Shown piece by piece: positions 42,853-55,423 of a stretch of 64,000 nucleotides of DNA (its first letter is position 1; every line of letters begins with the position of its first letter). The stretch covers positions 1-64,000 of the forward strand of contig CAVYXJ010000006.1 in the NCBI GenBank assembly GCA_963772455.1, read 5' to 3'. Made by a program: the position numbers and the translations under genes. Under the pieces are notes generated by a model that saw only the letters and a program-made list of their open reading frames with translations, ran no database searches and was not told where the DNA came from. Origin of the DNA: Candidatus Bathyarchaeota archaeon (lineage in GTDB: Archaea; Thermoproteota; Bathyarchaeia; Bathyarchaeales; Bathycorpusculaceae).

Positions 42853-43033
42853 CTGATTGGAAGATGATGAACAAAAAATTGACAGACCCCACTTTCCAAA
42901 AGTAAAGTATAACATTCTTAAAAAAGGGTGTTCCGCTTGGAGAACAAGGTGTTCTCTGGGGAGAGTAATATTTCAGCACGTTATTATCTTCACAGTGAAT
43001 CATAATGGAATTTCAACTAAATGGGTGTCAACT

Positions 43034-44922
43034 ATGAAAAAAAGAGTGACTCTAAAAATCCTAACCTTAGCAATAATTTTGTTCTCTGCTATTTGGATGT
43101 TTAATACCCAGACAAGTCATGCTTCAAAGACTTTGGTTGTTCCACAGGATTACTCGACTATCAATGGGGCTGTTAGTGCCGCTTCTTATGGAGACACTGT
43201 GATGGTGCAGAATGGAATTTACCGCGAAAACGTGATAGTTAGCAAGTCAATTTCTCTTTTAGGTGAAGATGCAAAAAACACAATAATAATTGGAACTGGA
43301 GGCGGTAATCATGCCCTTGCAGGAATCACAATATCCGCAGATAACGTGAAAGTTTCAGGGTTCACTATTGAAAGCCTCAACTACACAAGCTCAAATCTTT
43401 ATGCTACTGGCATCAACATCCAAGGTGACCACTCCACTATAACAGGAAACATCATCCAAAATAATTATCTAGGTATCTTCTGTTCCATCCAATCTTTTAC
43501 AGAAATAACTGGAAACACCATAAGCCATAATTTTAAAGATGGAATGCGATTTTACGGTGGATCCCTGAACGAGATTTCTGACAATAACATAAGTGGGAAT
43601 GCAGGGTCAGGAATTGCGATTGCTGGTTACTCTAACACAATTTTGAGAAATAAACTGGAAAATAACCTTCGAGGCATCGGTTTAGGTTCAACCTACTCTG
43701 TGTTGTCTGGAAATACTATTGAATCAAACCTTGAATCAGGAATTTATTTAGCTGGTTCAGAAAACACCATTTCCTCCAACAATCTTTCTAATAACAAATG
43801 GGGAATCTACATTACCCCACAGTTAGCTGCTTCACATGCAAACAACATCTATCATAATAATTTCAATAACATTTTTAATGCATTCGACAATTCTTCTGCC
43901 ATAGTTGAAAACTGGGATAACGGACCTAAAGCAGGCGGAAACTATTGGAGCGACTACACCTCAAGATATCCAAACGCAACCGAAATAGACAATTCAGGAA
44001 TAGGAAATACTCCATATCTGATTTGGGCGGATAACATCGATAATTATCCTCTTGTAGCACCCTATGATATTACAGATCAAGCCGACACGCCCTTGGCAAT
44101 TCCGCCGGCGACTGCAAACCCAAACAGTATTGTAGCCTCTTGGGCATTCGATAATGTGGACTCCAGTGGCATAACTCCTGACGCAACTGGTCAAAACCCA
44201 GCAGTGTTAGGATCGACGAACGGAAACAAATCTTTCAATCCAGCATTGGTAGATGGGAAATTTGGAAAAGCACTACAATTCAACGGTGAAGCTTACGTTA
44301 ATGTACGGGTTGCCCCAAGCATAGAAACACTCAATGACCTTACAATTGATACTTGGGTTAATGTACAATCCTTTAAAGAAAATGTGGCATATAACAACAT
44401 CATCGTTGAAGTTGTGAGAACCACTGATGCAACGCCAACCCGGACACTTGGCCTTGCCACTAACGGTGAAGAACCCCAAAATACAAGTTCCCCAGTCGTC
44501 GGTGCTCTTCGTGCATATGTTTTCACAAAAGACGGAGGTTTCAACGAAATTGCGACAACGCAACCAATTCCATTAAATCAATGGATTCACGTTGTTTTCA
44601 CGCGCAGCGTAAACAATGGAATGCACATTTACGTTAATGGACAAGAACAAGCAGTCAAAGTTACTTCAGGAGTACGCTAATCCTTCAGGCACTATTATGC
44701 GGCAAAACGAAATTTACGTGGGACACGACGCAGTTTGCACAATAGATGAACTTAGAAATCAGCAATTCAATTGAACAAGCTGCTCAGCCTTTGTGGATGC
44801 AATGGTGGCTTTGGACAGCAATTATCTTTGCTGGCGTTGCAGGAAGCGGTTTACTGGTTTATTTCACGAAACGTGGCAAAGAGTCTGTAATCCAAAACTA
44901 TGCTAGCTTGATGGATAAATAA
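43034..44922 (+). CDS. Surface protein: NosD/parallel beta-helix + LamG domain + TM anchor (3' frameshifts)
   Basis: VPQDYSTI, beta-helix repeats, GNYWSDY, GKFGKALQFNG, WIHVVFT. Confidence 0.88.
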
Positions 44923-45006
44923 GTACCTTTTTTCTTTTTTTATATTTAGAAATTAGAATAATAAATGTAAAAAGTGGATTAAATTAAGTGCGAGAATTGG
45001 GCAAGA

Positions 45007-45138
45007 CTATTTTTTGCCTTTGCTTGCGTGTTTGGCTGGAAGTGAAACCTGTTTTCTCTCTTTTCGTTTCTGTTCTTTTTCACGTACTATTTTTTTGTGT
45101 TGTTCTAAACCTTCAGCTTTCTTTGCTTTCCTAGACAA
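45007..45138 (-). CDS. 43-aa highly basic microprotein (not in ORF track)
   Basis: TTG start: MSRKAKKAEGLEQHKKIVREKEQKRKERKQVSLPAKHASKGKK*. Confidence 0.5.
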   Translation of the reverse strand: MSRKAKKAEGLEQHKKIVREKEQKRKERKQVSLPAKHASKGKK

Positions 45139-45419
45139 TATCTTCAACCTTAGCAAGCAATAGAATCATCCGTACTCAAAAACCATGCCCCATAAACAAG
45201 GCATTGTCGCAATATTTAATAGCAGAAAAGTTTACGCCTATTTGGAGAAGAATAAAAGACGCCCTCAGTTGAGAAACGTTGTCCAAAATGTGGTTCTAAA
45301 GCAGTTGAAAGAAGGAATAATCAAGAATTCTACTGCACTGACTGTAAAGAAATTTTTTATTTTGTTACTCCAGCATGTGGTTCTCAAACTGATTTAAGCA
45401 GATATGATCTATAATCCAA

Positions 45420-46181
45420 TTAGGAAACAATTATGTTGTCTATTATGAAGCCTGATGCACCCGTTGGAGTAGGCAAGTCTATTACAACTTGATTGAATGA
45501 TTGTCCAGTCAAATCTAGTGTTAAAGTTCCTTCAGGGTAAACGTCGTTATTTTCAATTCCTCTGGTAGTTATTGGTGAACCAATCGGATTTGAGGTGGAA
45601 TCAAGGTATGCACTAATTCTTGATGGCACTTCCTGTTGATCCGGCGTCCAGGATCGTTGAGTTCTTCTGTTTTAAAATTCAGTGTAATTCTATGTATAAG
45701 GCTGCTAAATTGAATATTTAGGGAATCGTGGTTGACGGTGTTTGGCCACAGAAAGTTGCCCGTCAATTTTTGTGAGTTAATAATGCCTCCTATTGAGGCA
45801 AGACTTGTTGTTGATTGTAGTGAAAATGCTCCGCTTGAAGGACTGGAGCTGAAGTGTGCTGTTAATCCGTTGTTTGTTTGGTCAAAGGGGATTGTTGTGT
45901 AGTTGAAACTATGGGTGTGCCGGTATCAAAGTCGAAAGTGGCGGGATTTGTTGTAGGAGATGTTGTTGGACTATGAAAAGGGTAGGTGTTTGAGTGGATA
46001 TAGGGGTTTGGGAGACAGTCGGTGATGATGTCGGTGTGGAGGTGGGCGTTGGTGTTGGATTTGGAGAGTTTGTTGAAGGCATTGGGTCATTATAATGTAT
46101 CATGCAGTGGCGATGGCCAGAATAATGATTATGGCAAACGCAACTATTTGTTTTGGTTTTAGATGAGCTGCTTGCGGACAT
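45420..46181 (-). CDS. Membrane-anchored exported protein with PT linker (several frameshifts)
   Basis: Pieces 45909-46181, 45569-45766 and 45420-45629. Confidence 0.6.
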
Positions 46182-46412
46182 TTTTCACAAACTCTCTTTA
46201 GCTTATGGCAATGTAAGGTATTGCTTAAATGCGATTGTTAAATCAACATGCTACCACAATATTGTTTCTAAATGGTTAAGAAATGAGTTTAGGAAAATTT
46301 TATTATGAATGTTGGTAAATTTTCTTTTGGTTTAGATTGTGCTCAACCAGTAACTTTATATGAAATAATGTTCATATGAATTATTATTCATGCGATTTTA
46401 GGATGTGAACAA

Positions 46413-46740
46413 ATGAAAAAAGGGCTAACAAAAATCTGCCACCACTTCTTCACCAACCTAGGCAAACCCAACCCGACTCGCCGCCCTCGAACAATTAATG
46501 GACAAACCCATGAGCGTAAACGAACTCGCAGAAGCATTGGGACAAGAACAAAGCATGATCTCACACAACCTCAAATCCCTTCTCGAATGCAACCTCATCA
46601 CCATCCAAAAACAAGGAAAAAAACACATCTACACAATCAACCAAGAAACCCTTAGCCCAATATTTGAAGCCATCCAAAACCACGCAGAAAAATATCTGTC
46701 CAACAGGCGGAAAATGCCTAAAAGAGGAAAACTAACATGA
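46413..46740 (+). CDS. ArsR/SmtB regulator (frameshifted)
   Basis: CHHFFTNL, MSVNELAEAL, SMISHNL. Confidence 0.85.
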
Positions 46741-47387
46741 TAAAAAGAAAAATAGTAAATATTGACGAAAACCTCTGCAATGGATGTGGCAACTGCATCC
46801 CCAAATGTGCAGAAGGCGCACTCCAAATAGTAAACGGCAAAGCAAAAATAATCAAAGAAACCTACTGCGACGGCTTGGGCGCATGCTTGGGACAATGTCC
46901 CCAAGGTGCAATAACAATAACAGAACGGGAAGCCCCGGCTTTTAGTGAAGCTGAAGTCCACGAACATCTAAAAAACAAAGCAACCGCATCCTCATCAACA
47001 GCCAGCCAAACTGCCGCATCTTCGCAGAAACCCCAGTGGCCTATAAAACTTAACCTCGTTCCAGTCAAAGCACCGTTTTTTGAAAACGCTAACTTACTAT
47101 TGGCAGCTGATTGCGCACCTGTCGCCCTCAAGAAATTCCATGACTTCATAGCAGGAAAACGAGTTATCATAGGATGCCCAAAATTCGACGACGCAAGAGT
47201 CTATGCACAAAAACTAACAGAAATCTTCCAACAAAACAATATCGCCAGCATAACAGTTGTCCACATGGAAGTGCCCTGTTGCACAGGATTAAAATGGGCA
47301 GTCAACAAGGCGCTTGAAAATTCAGGCAAAAAAATTCCCACTAAAGAATTCGAGGTCAAGATTGGAGGTGAAGTAGTTGAGCTCTAA
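46737..47387 (+). CDS. 4Fe-4S dicluster protein
   Basis: CNGCGNCIPKC, CDGLGACLGQCP, GCPKFD, MEVPCC. Confidence 0.9.
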   Translation: MIKRKIVNIDENLCNGCGNCIPKCAEGALQIVNGKAKIIKETYCDGLGACLGQCPQGAITITEREAPAFSEAEVHEHLKNKATASSSTASQTAASSQKPQWPIKLNLVPVKAPFFENANLLLAADCAPVALKKFHDFIAGKRVIIGCPKFDDARVYAQKLTEIFQQNNIASITVVHMEVPCCTGLKWAVNKALENSGKKIPTKEFEVKIGGEVVEL

Positions 47388-47628
47388 AGAAAAAGTTGAA
47401 AAGAACCCTGAAACATGTCCAGGCTTACGCGACATGTTACAACCAAAACCAGCATACATCAAATGTCACGTTTGTGGTGGAGATTTGGAAATCTGGAGCG
47501 ACGAAGACAAAACAACTTGTCCAGAATGCGGAGCGGAATGGAAACGCCCAGACAAATCAGCTGCATGCCTAGAATATTGTCAATATGCAGACAAATGCAG
47601 AGGCATAATAGAAACACGTAAACGTTGA
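47377..47628 (+). CDS. Small Cys-rich metal-binding protein
   Basis: CPG, CHVCG, CPECG, CLEYCQYADKC. Confidence 0.8.
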   Translation: MSSKEKVEKNPETCPGLRDMLQPKPAYIKCHVCGGDLEIWSDEDKTTCPECGAEWKRPDKSAACLEYCQYADKCRGIIETRKR

Positions 47629-48093
47629 AATAAAGAATCAACCTTATTTTTTCTTTATCAAAAAAAATTAACATACTTTCAAAACTTTCTTTTATTCTGA
47701 AGCCTTTTGAAATCTGGTACAACCAAAAAATAAAAATATTTGCACGCGTCATTTTAAATTAGGGGTACCTGTTTAAACAAAAAGTTTTCATTGATGGCAA
47801 GATCCTGCATGAATGTATTTAGATGAGATTAGATTCCGAACCAAAGTTTAAGAAAACTAATAACTTACAGCGGCTTTAAAGTTAAAATAATGTCTTAGTT
47901 CATTACAAACTAATATTCTGAGTGACTTAACAACAGCCAAACAATCGCATACCATTCCTATAAAGGAATAAGAGTAAAAATAACGTAAATCTGCAACCAT
48001 ATGCGCTCTTATTTATGACCTCTGCGTGTTTAAATATTATAAAAAGCATCATAACTAAATTGTGGGAATTGAACTCGCAAGGAGAGAGCGATA

Positions 48094-48900
48094 ATGAAGG
48101 ATACATTCATTTTCTTTGGCAGAGAAGAAGATATTTTAGTAATAAAGCCATTTTTCAAAGATTTTGATGTAACTTCTGACATATCTAAAGCTACCAAAGG
48201 AGTTGTAGTTGGCGGAGATGGATGTATCCTAAATGATTCAGTAAAGTATCCAATATTGCAAAACCAACTGCCAGTAATTAAAGTTCATTTTAGATCAAAT
48301 TCTTACAAGTCTTTAGGATATACAATGGATGTCAATGTTAGCAACATTAAAACAGCCATAACCGACCTTGAGAAAGGATTGTATTTAATCAACAAAAACA
48401 GATTATTAGAATTAAATGTTGACGGTAGAATTTATTATGCCCTCAATGATGTAGCAATTAATGCTAAATTAAATCGAAGTATACTTATGAAAACATACTT
48501 GGAATCGCATAAGTACAAAGATAGCTTATTGATTCCGACTCCTAAATGCACTGGCTTAATGGTTTCATCTGCATATGGTTCTACAGCCTGGAACTTAGCG
48601 GTTGATGGTGCTATTGTAATAGAAGATAATATCGATGTAATGTTGCTTACATTTCGAGAGTCACCATTAAAACCAGACCACTTTATTTTATCAGATAGAG
48701 TTACCCTAAATATAGAATCCAAAACACCCTTAGTCGCAATAATAGATGGCAAATTTTACGAGATAGATGACTATGAACAACGAATAACTATTAAACTGTC
48801 AGAAAAAATCATTCCTACAATTAGAACTAAGAATACCTATGAAACAATTACATCTAAATTAGAAAGACTAACAGCATTTCAATTTGAGCAGATAAAATAG
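48094..48900 (+). CDS. NAD(+) kinase-like protein
   Basis: GGDG, ALND, GLMVSSAYGSTAWNLA. Confidence 0.8.
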   Translation: MKDTFIFFGREEDILVIKPFFKDFDVTSDISKATKGVVVGGDGCILNDSVKYPILQNQLPVIKVHFRSNSYKSLGYTMDVNVSNIKTAITDLEKGLYLINKNRLLELNVDGRIYYALNDVAINAKLNRSILMKTYLESHKYKDSLLIPTPKCTGLMVSSAYGSTAWNLAVDGAIVIEDNIDVMLLTFRESPLKPDHFILSDRVTLNIESKTPLVAIIDGKFYEIDDYEQRITIKLSEKIIPTIRTKNTYETITSKLERLTAFQFEQIK

Positions 48901-49012
48901 TTTATTTTGCTCATGAGATAGAAAGGAAGTATTATTCACCTTATTCGTACAATAATCAAAAGAAAGAACGGAAAGTTGCGCCAAAAAAGACGGCTCAACT
49001 TAGAATGGCAAT

Positions 49013-49892
49013 TTAGCACTGTTTTTCTTCACTGCAACTGATATTAACGAGCATTGCAGCAAATAGAAACGCTATAGCAATAGTCGCGGGCAGTTCTGGA
49101 ATTGTAGGTGAAGGGCTAAAACTCGTAGGAACAGGTGTATTCGTTGAGGTTAAACTTGTTGGAGATGCGGTAGTTGTTGGAGTTTGAGTGATTGCTACTG
49201 TATATTCGGATGTTGCCTCGTATTGATCAGACTCAGCCACTATTACCATGCTTGTATACGATTTGCCTGCGGTAATAAAGAATCCCATTTGAAAGGTACC
49301 TGTTTGTCCGGGGTCCACATTATAGGGTTGTGCTGTACTACTTGTTACGGCTACTACATTTCCAGTTCCGCTTGGTCCATCATAGACAGTGGCATATACC
49401 CTAGTATAAGTGGCTGTTTCGGCACCAGTGTTCTTCAACGTTCCAGTTATCATCATGTTATTGATGATGTTTTCTTCACTTGTAGCAGACGCTATTTCAA
49501 GGGCTTGAGGCAACGGTTCGGATGCCATGGTAAGATCCATTAGCTCCACTTTGTAAGAGGTCACTAACGATCCTGCAACTGCAGCAGTTCCTGCAAATGG
49601 AGCTTTTCTTCCTGGCAATATTGTGTGGATTAATGCATCATGTTCATCTTCGTCAATGCCTTCACTTGATGTGAATGTTATTTTAACGTAGACGTTTTTG
49701 GCTGCGGTGTCTCCAGTGTTTTTAACTTCTCCGTACTACATTGTAGAAGCCTGCAGACTCAAGTATTCCCTGGTGGTTTATGATAGTTATTTGTTCTGCT
49801 GCTTTAACAGGTTCTACTGTTAAAGCGAACATAGTTGACATCAAGGCTAATATTGCAACATATGCAAGAAACTCAATTATTTTTTTAGTCAT
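49013..49892 (-). CDS. Secreted FxLYD-like repeat protein with IPEL-TM anchor (frameshifted)
   Basis: Two G(E/T)(V/L)KNTG domains, TPT linker, IPEL + TM helix. Confidence 0.7.
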
Positions 49893-50207
49893 TTTTATCA
49901 CAGTTTTGAATTATCCGATTTAATATTTAAGATTTAAGGTCGAATCAGTATCGAGTCATGTGTCTCCAGCAACAACCAAAAAGAAACTAAAGCACAAACA
50001 ATAAAAAAGATTGAACAAAGAATTGTTTGACCAAAAGGAGAAAAATAGATTTGGAATAACCTAAGTCTGTTTAAACAAATATATTCAACCTAATTGAACC
50101 AAAGATAACCGATGTATTTCTGGTTACCATTTGCAACTATCCAAGACTCTTTTATTTTTTTAACTTGGAGTAAGGTCAGTCGTCGTAGTGGTTGTTGGAT
50201 TAAATTT

Positions 50208-50241
<34 letters not shown>

Positions 50242-50370
50242 TAAAGTATGAACTCAAGCGCGCGCATAGGCGTGAGAGTTGATACTTTTATAAGCTCACA
50301 CATAAACATTAGAAAATGTAAAGTAATAAATGAGAAAGTCTAGAGGGCATGTGGAGTTGGAGGGAATTGG

Positions 50371-50568
50371 ATGAAGTACAATTGTAGGATGTTTAGATCT
50401 ACAAGGGAAAATTGGGAAAATCCAAAGAAGCTTGAAAAAGTAGTTGTTACTTTTGAATCTAAGACATTAGCTGAGGCTAAGGAAAAAGCACGACATGAGG
50501 CTCAAATGCTGGATATGCAAAGTGCTAATAAGATTGTACGAGAAGATCGAGATAGAAGTAGATGGTAA
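50371..50568 (+). CDS. Small hypothetical protein
   Basis: GGAGGG upstream and TATA-like TTTATAAG near 50287. Confidence 0.6.
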   Translation: MKYNCRMFRSTRENWENPKKLEKVVVTFESKTLAEAKEKARHEAQMLDMQSANKIVREDRDRSRW

Positions 50569-50802
50569 ATGGCAACCAATTCCTTGGATTTGATACCTCG
50601 ATCTGTTTCTCAGTCACATTTTGGCATTCAACCGATACAACATGTAGGAGAGAGTAAGTTCGTAGTCGTATGAGTTTGCGAGAGCTATTCTATCGTGATA
50701 AGTTTGTTATGATGTAATTATGTAAACGCTTGGTGATTATTTGCCGCCCAAGGATTCAAATGAGAGTGCAAATCATCAAATAATCCTTAACGTGTTCTAC
50801 TC

Positions 50803-51345
50803 TTAATTTATGACTTTTAATATAATCTTCCATTTGATTAGAAATGATTCATTAGCTAAAGTTGCATCACTTAAGACTACGTAACCATCTGTTTCAGTAT
50901 TTCCACTCCTCCATTCAACAAATCCTTTGAATATTTTTGGATGACAACTGGGAAATTGTTTTGAAAATTCTATTGCTTCAGCCAAAATCATAAAATCGTT
51001 CCTTAACTCCTGAAAATCCGGACGTTTGAGGCAAAATTGAGGGAAAGCTGCATTTCTAGAAGGGTAAAGCTTTGTTTCGAGTTTCTTCAATAATTGAAAG
51101 CTTTGTTTGAGTTCTCGGAAGTATTTCAGCACATTAATGCCTCGTTGGGTGACTGCAAAGACTATTTTAGCTTTTCCAATGGTTCGCTCTTCAACTAAGC
51201 CTTGTTTGACTAAGAAGTTCAAGTCTTCTTTAAGCACACTGCAATTAAGATTGGCCTTGTACATTATAGGTGTCAGTTTTAGAGGACCTTTTTGCGCTAA
51301 TACGCTAATTATTTCAATGTATATTTCGAGATGACTGCGTCTCAT
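50803..51345 (-). CDS. Winged-helix regulator, probably artefactually fused to a second small gene
   Basis: MRRSHLEIYIEI, IMYKANLN, VTQRG; the downstream half is unrelated. Confidence 0.75.
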   Translation of the reverse strand: MRRSHLEIYIEIISVLAQKGPLKLTPIMYKANLNCSVLKEDLNFLVKQGLVEERTIGKAKIVFAVTQRGINVLKYFRELKQSFQLLKKLETKLYPSRNAAFPQFCLKRPDFQELRNDFMILAEAIEFSKQFPSCHPKIFKGFVEWRSGNTETDGYVVLSDATLANESFLIKWKIILKVIN

Positions 51346-51780
51346 AGTGAGATCTCCATTTCAATTCAGTAAGATTGAAGAGTATTTATAAACCTTCTTA
51401 TGCTTTATTCAAGCAATTATTCTTTTTATTGACAATAATTCAAATATATTATAAAAATGAATTAATTATATGCATTTATTATATAAAAATTTGTTTGAAA
51501 TATAAAATGAGATTTAAGAAAAGTATCAAAATTGAAACTTTTTGTAGGATTTCATTTATGTTTGATAAACTTAGAAAGCTGAATTTATTCACATGTCTCA
51601 TTTGTGTTTCTATGACCCAAGAATCATTGATTTTTCCATTGAAAATAAAGCGTCTTGACTCAAACTCTTATAGTAAATCTGAATTTGTGCTCTTCAAAAG
51701 AATTGAAGCAATGGCTTTTTGTATAAAATTAGTAATCGATAATAACTACTGAGAATATACGGATTAACAAGACACATGAG

Positions 51781-52561
51781 TTGGTTCAATTGGATTATTT
51801 GTCACCCATTAGATCTGAACTTAAACTAAAGATTTTATTAAACCTCTTAAATGGGGAGAAAAAAATATCTGAACTCAGGCTTGATGCCGAAACTCGAGAT
51901 ACCACAATTCTTCACGTTCTTGAAGAATTTGGTGATCTTAACCTAACAACAAAGACTCAAGGACTCTACAAACTATCGCCACTAGGCATAATCGAAGCCA
52001 AAATTCTTAAAGAGTTCATTTCGACTACTGAAGTTATTGAAAAGTTTAAGGATTTTTGGTTGTCACACAATGTAGATGATATACCAGCACACCTTCTTCA
52101 AAACATTAGGCGCACTAAAAGACTCACAATTAGTTCGAACACAAGCATCAGAACTAGGCATTGTTCACCAAACATTCATAGAAACCATCAAAACTTCCAA
52201 AAAAATAAAGGGAATATCTCCCATATTCCACCCAGACTTCATATCTTTGTTTGGACAATTGCTTGAGCAGGGAAGTACAATTGAGTTAATAATCAGCAGC
52301 GAGGTTCTCAACAAGATTACGGGTTTTGTCGATTTTGAATTAGTAAACAAATATTTGGCAGAGGATAAGCTAAGAGTTTTTCTAAATGACGATTTGAAGA
52401 TTGCTCTTGCTTTGACTGAGCACAGTTTCTCGCTTGGACTTTTTGCTTTATCTGGAACATACGATGATAGCATGGACTTGCGGTCAACTAGCACTGAGGC
52501 AATTAAGTGGGGTGAGCGTCTTTTCGAAGATGCTGTTAAGAGTAGTCAAAGAATTGGTTAG
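51781..52561 (+). CDS. wHTH + DUF1724 (FilR1-like) regulator (frameshifted)
   Basis: FWLSHNVDDIP, GISPIFHP, AIKWGERLF. Confidence 0.8.
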
Positions 52562-52729
52562 AATTTGTAATTTAAGCTATTATTTTATTTTTTTATTGGA
52601 TACAATCGGCTAGTATTGCTTTTTTAAAAATTATTTTATAAAAAATCGAAGCCTTATTTTGAATATGGATTAGTGATTCATAAGTTTCATTACATATTTG
52701 AAATCCATATTTGTCTGGAGAGAGGCTAA

Positions 52730-53642
52730 GTGAAAGACCAAAACTTTCACATAGAATCAACTAACCTGAAGGCGGATATGGGAAATCTTGTTTTAGAAAC
52801 ATACGGAGCAATATTCAAAGTTCTAAGGTTTATGGTGTCATCTTCAATTCTTTTAGCTTTAAATGGAGTTATGGTAGTAGTTTTTGGCTTTTTTTTAGAC
52901 AGCGCCACAATTGTGCCTCCTTTACTTTTCGCAGCATTTCTAGTTACCTTTGCAGTTTACGGTTTAAACAAATTCACCGATAAGGCTGAAGATTCAATCA
53001 ACCGACCTGAAACTTTGCCAAGAGCCTCAGGTTATTATTTGGTTTTCTCTATCGTGTCAATGATAATTGGTTTTTTGATAGGTCTATTAGAAAGTATTTT
53101 GGCTTTCTTTGTTCTTTGTGCTCCCGTCATGATTGGCGTGATTTATAGTGTAAGAATTTCAAAATCAATCCCAAGGCTCAAAGAGATTGTAGGCGTCAAA
53201 AGCCTTGTAGTTGCAGTAAGCTGGGCTTTAACAGGTTGTCTTTTGCCTGATTCTTTTTCCACGGCTAAACTTCAGGTAATTGTTATTGTTTTTGTTTATA
53301 TTTTTATTCGAGTATTTGTAGGCACGATCCTGTGCGACGTCTTGGATACGAAGGGTGATTTAGCAACAAGAGTAGAAACAATACCTATAAGGTTGGGAAG
53401 AAACAAAACCAAAAAGCTCTTAATTACTTCTAAACAGCCTTGGAATTCTTTTGCCAATCTATTGCGAGGCAACTGGAATACTCATTCGTTTCGTGCCTGC
53501 GCTACTATTTGGAGTTTTATATGGATATTTGGCAATTTGGTTTTTCTTTAAGAATAACTGCAAAAGGTTTACTGCAGGGTTAATTTTAGATGGCGAATGG
53601 ATTCCCATAGTCATCATCATTTTCTTACTTATCAGATTATAA
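52730..53642 (+). CDS. UbiA-family prenyltransferase (3' frameshift)
   Basis: NKFTDKAEDSINRP and DVLDTKGD. Confidence 0.88.
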
Positions 53643-53863
53643 AACAATCTCTCGTCTAATGCTATGCCAGTACCAAATATTGCTTCATTAGACTCTCCTA
53701 GATAAAATTTTAAGTTCTATTAAAAAGCAAATTTGAAAATACCTAGATTCCTATACATGTTTTATCAAATAAAAAGAATTAATCAATGTCTCCATCAAAA
53801 ATAATTAGAAATCCGTTTTTCAAACAACATCTTTCGATCTAAAAATGAATGTTATAGGTACGG

Positions 53864-53900
53864 GCCGGATTCGGACCGGCGACCTTCTGCACGTCAAGCA
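53864..53900 (-). repeat. att-like 37-bp duplicate of the tRNA-Val 3' half
   Basis: Identical to 55192-55228. Confidence 0.92.
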
Positions 53901-54036
53901 TCAGTTATAATTTTGAGGTGACTACATTTCTGTTTTTTGTGGTCACCTATTTGGAAAATTTTTTTAAGTCGCACGATATTCTTTTAACATGAGGTCCAAC
54001 GTTGGGCGTTATGTTGTTTTCCTTAATTGCAATATG

Positions 54037-54363
54037 CTAATGTAGGGCAGCGTAATATAGGGCTCGATTTTTTAATTCAATGTTCAAAGGTGGCAGATCA
54101 TGTTTTAACAATATATTATTTAGAAGCAGTCGTCCGACTCTGCCATTGCCATCTTGGAAAGGGTGAACAACTTCAAACTGGTTATGAACTACAGCCAGCC
54201 AAAACAAGAGGCGAGCACATTGTTCTGTTTTTGTTATACCATTCGCACCAAGTTCTTTAAGCAATGAGTTAATTTGTTGTGATGGAGCTCCCGATGAATA
54301 ATATTTCCCAAGGCATCCGCAACCATTCTCCACAACCTTTGCATTCACGGAAATCTCCAGCAA
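54037..54363 (-). pseudogene. Fic-domain fragment
   Basis: HPFQDGNGRVGR is intact; N-terminus is missing. Confidence 0.8.
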
Positions 54364-54529
54364 AATGTTCTTGAAATTCTTGAAGACAATCGTGAAGTTC
54401 TCGAATAGCTCATCAACCAGAATACGCGAACGCTCTTACTTTTCCTGATTTTGTCTATAAACAATAAAGCGGAAGGAAGACCTTTTGTAGATCGTATATA
54501 AGTCAATGCATCTGATCAAGTCCGTAATC

Positions 54530-54811
54530 TGAGGTATTCAGCGATATCGTGTTTGCCAGTGGCTATCCTTGAAAGGACTTCGCAGGCAGCTTCATGATTT
54601 ACATCGTCTTCAACTTCGACAGCATACTATGCACTTGTGTCACGAAGTGAAGGTTTTCCTCATACAGGTACTTATCGTGTTCTGCAGATCCGCGATCTTT
54701 TTTGCCCGTTCGTTTTGAACTATGGTGGACAGTGAAGAAGGGGTCTTGGGGATTTATTTTTGCTTCAATTGTAGTTTTACTGCTTTGTCTGAGAACCTGT
54801 TTAATGCTCAC
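54530..54811 (-). pseudogene. Antitoxin + VapC/PIN remnant
   Basis: DPFF...SAEHDKYLY, then DTSA*YAVEVEDDVNHEAA with an in-frame stop. Confidence 0.65.
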
Positions 54812-55180
54812 GAGTTCTTTTTGGCGTATTCTTCAAGAATGGGCTCCATTGGTTAGAGTCTCTCTGAGAAAACACGAACTTTCTTTAACCCTGTTACCGT
54901 CCTGAATGAAAGATGAACAATCGCAAATTTAATATTTTGCCAAAAAATACAAATGTGCTTGATAGCTCCCCAATTATTTAACGTATTTCATTCATGCGAG
55001 GTGAAAACGTTGAAAAATATAATGGTCTAAATCTCTATTTGGCAATGAATTTGTCGATGATCTAAAGCTCCATGCTTTAACCTCTCAAGAATATTAGAAA
55101 ATGCTTTAAAACAATCGATTGCAAAGCTATCAAATAACAATTCTGCACAAGATAGTTTATCACCTAAAAATAAAGTTAAT

Positions 55181-55258
55181 TGGTGGGCCGAGCCGGATTC
55201 GGACCGGCGACCTTCTGCACGTCAAGCAGATGTCCTAACCAGGCTAGACGACCGGCCC
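55181..55258 (-). tRNA. tRNA-Val(GAC), CCA encoded
   Basis: Cloverleaf with anticodon arm TCTGC-TTGACGT-GCAGA and T arm GCCGG-TCCGAAT-CCGGC. Confidence 0.95.
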
Positions 55259-55423
55259 ACAGTCTACAATTTTTCTACGATTTCCTATATAGGCACTTCG
55301 TCTTCTGACGCGTTGCAATACTTGATTTTCCAGCTGGTATTAAACTATTTCCTCACACTTAATCAATATAAGAGTAGTTTTAAAGCACCTCTCACATATT
55401 ATGATGTGTTTGGGTAAAGGGTT

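Larger units (their letters stand above)
53864..55228. mobile_element. Decayed island integrated at tRNA-Val
   Basis: Bounded by the 37-bp direct repeat; contains only Fic and toxin-antitoxin remnants. Confidence 0.75.

Noticed and set aside
50803-51345. Novel fusion of a winged-helix domain to a second domain
   Set aside because: Better explained as two genes joined by an indel, since the linker reads as out-of-frame sequence.
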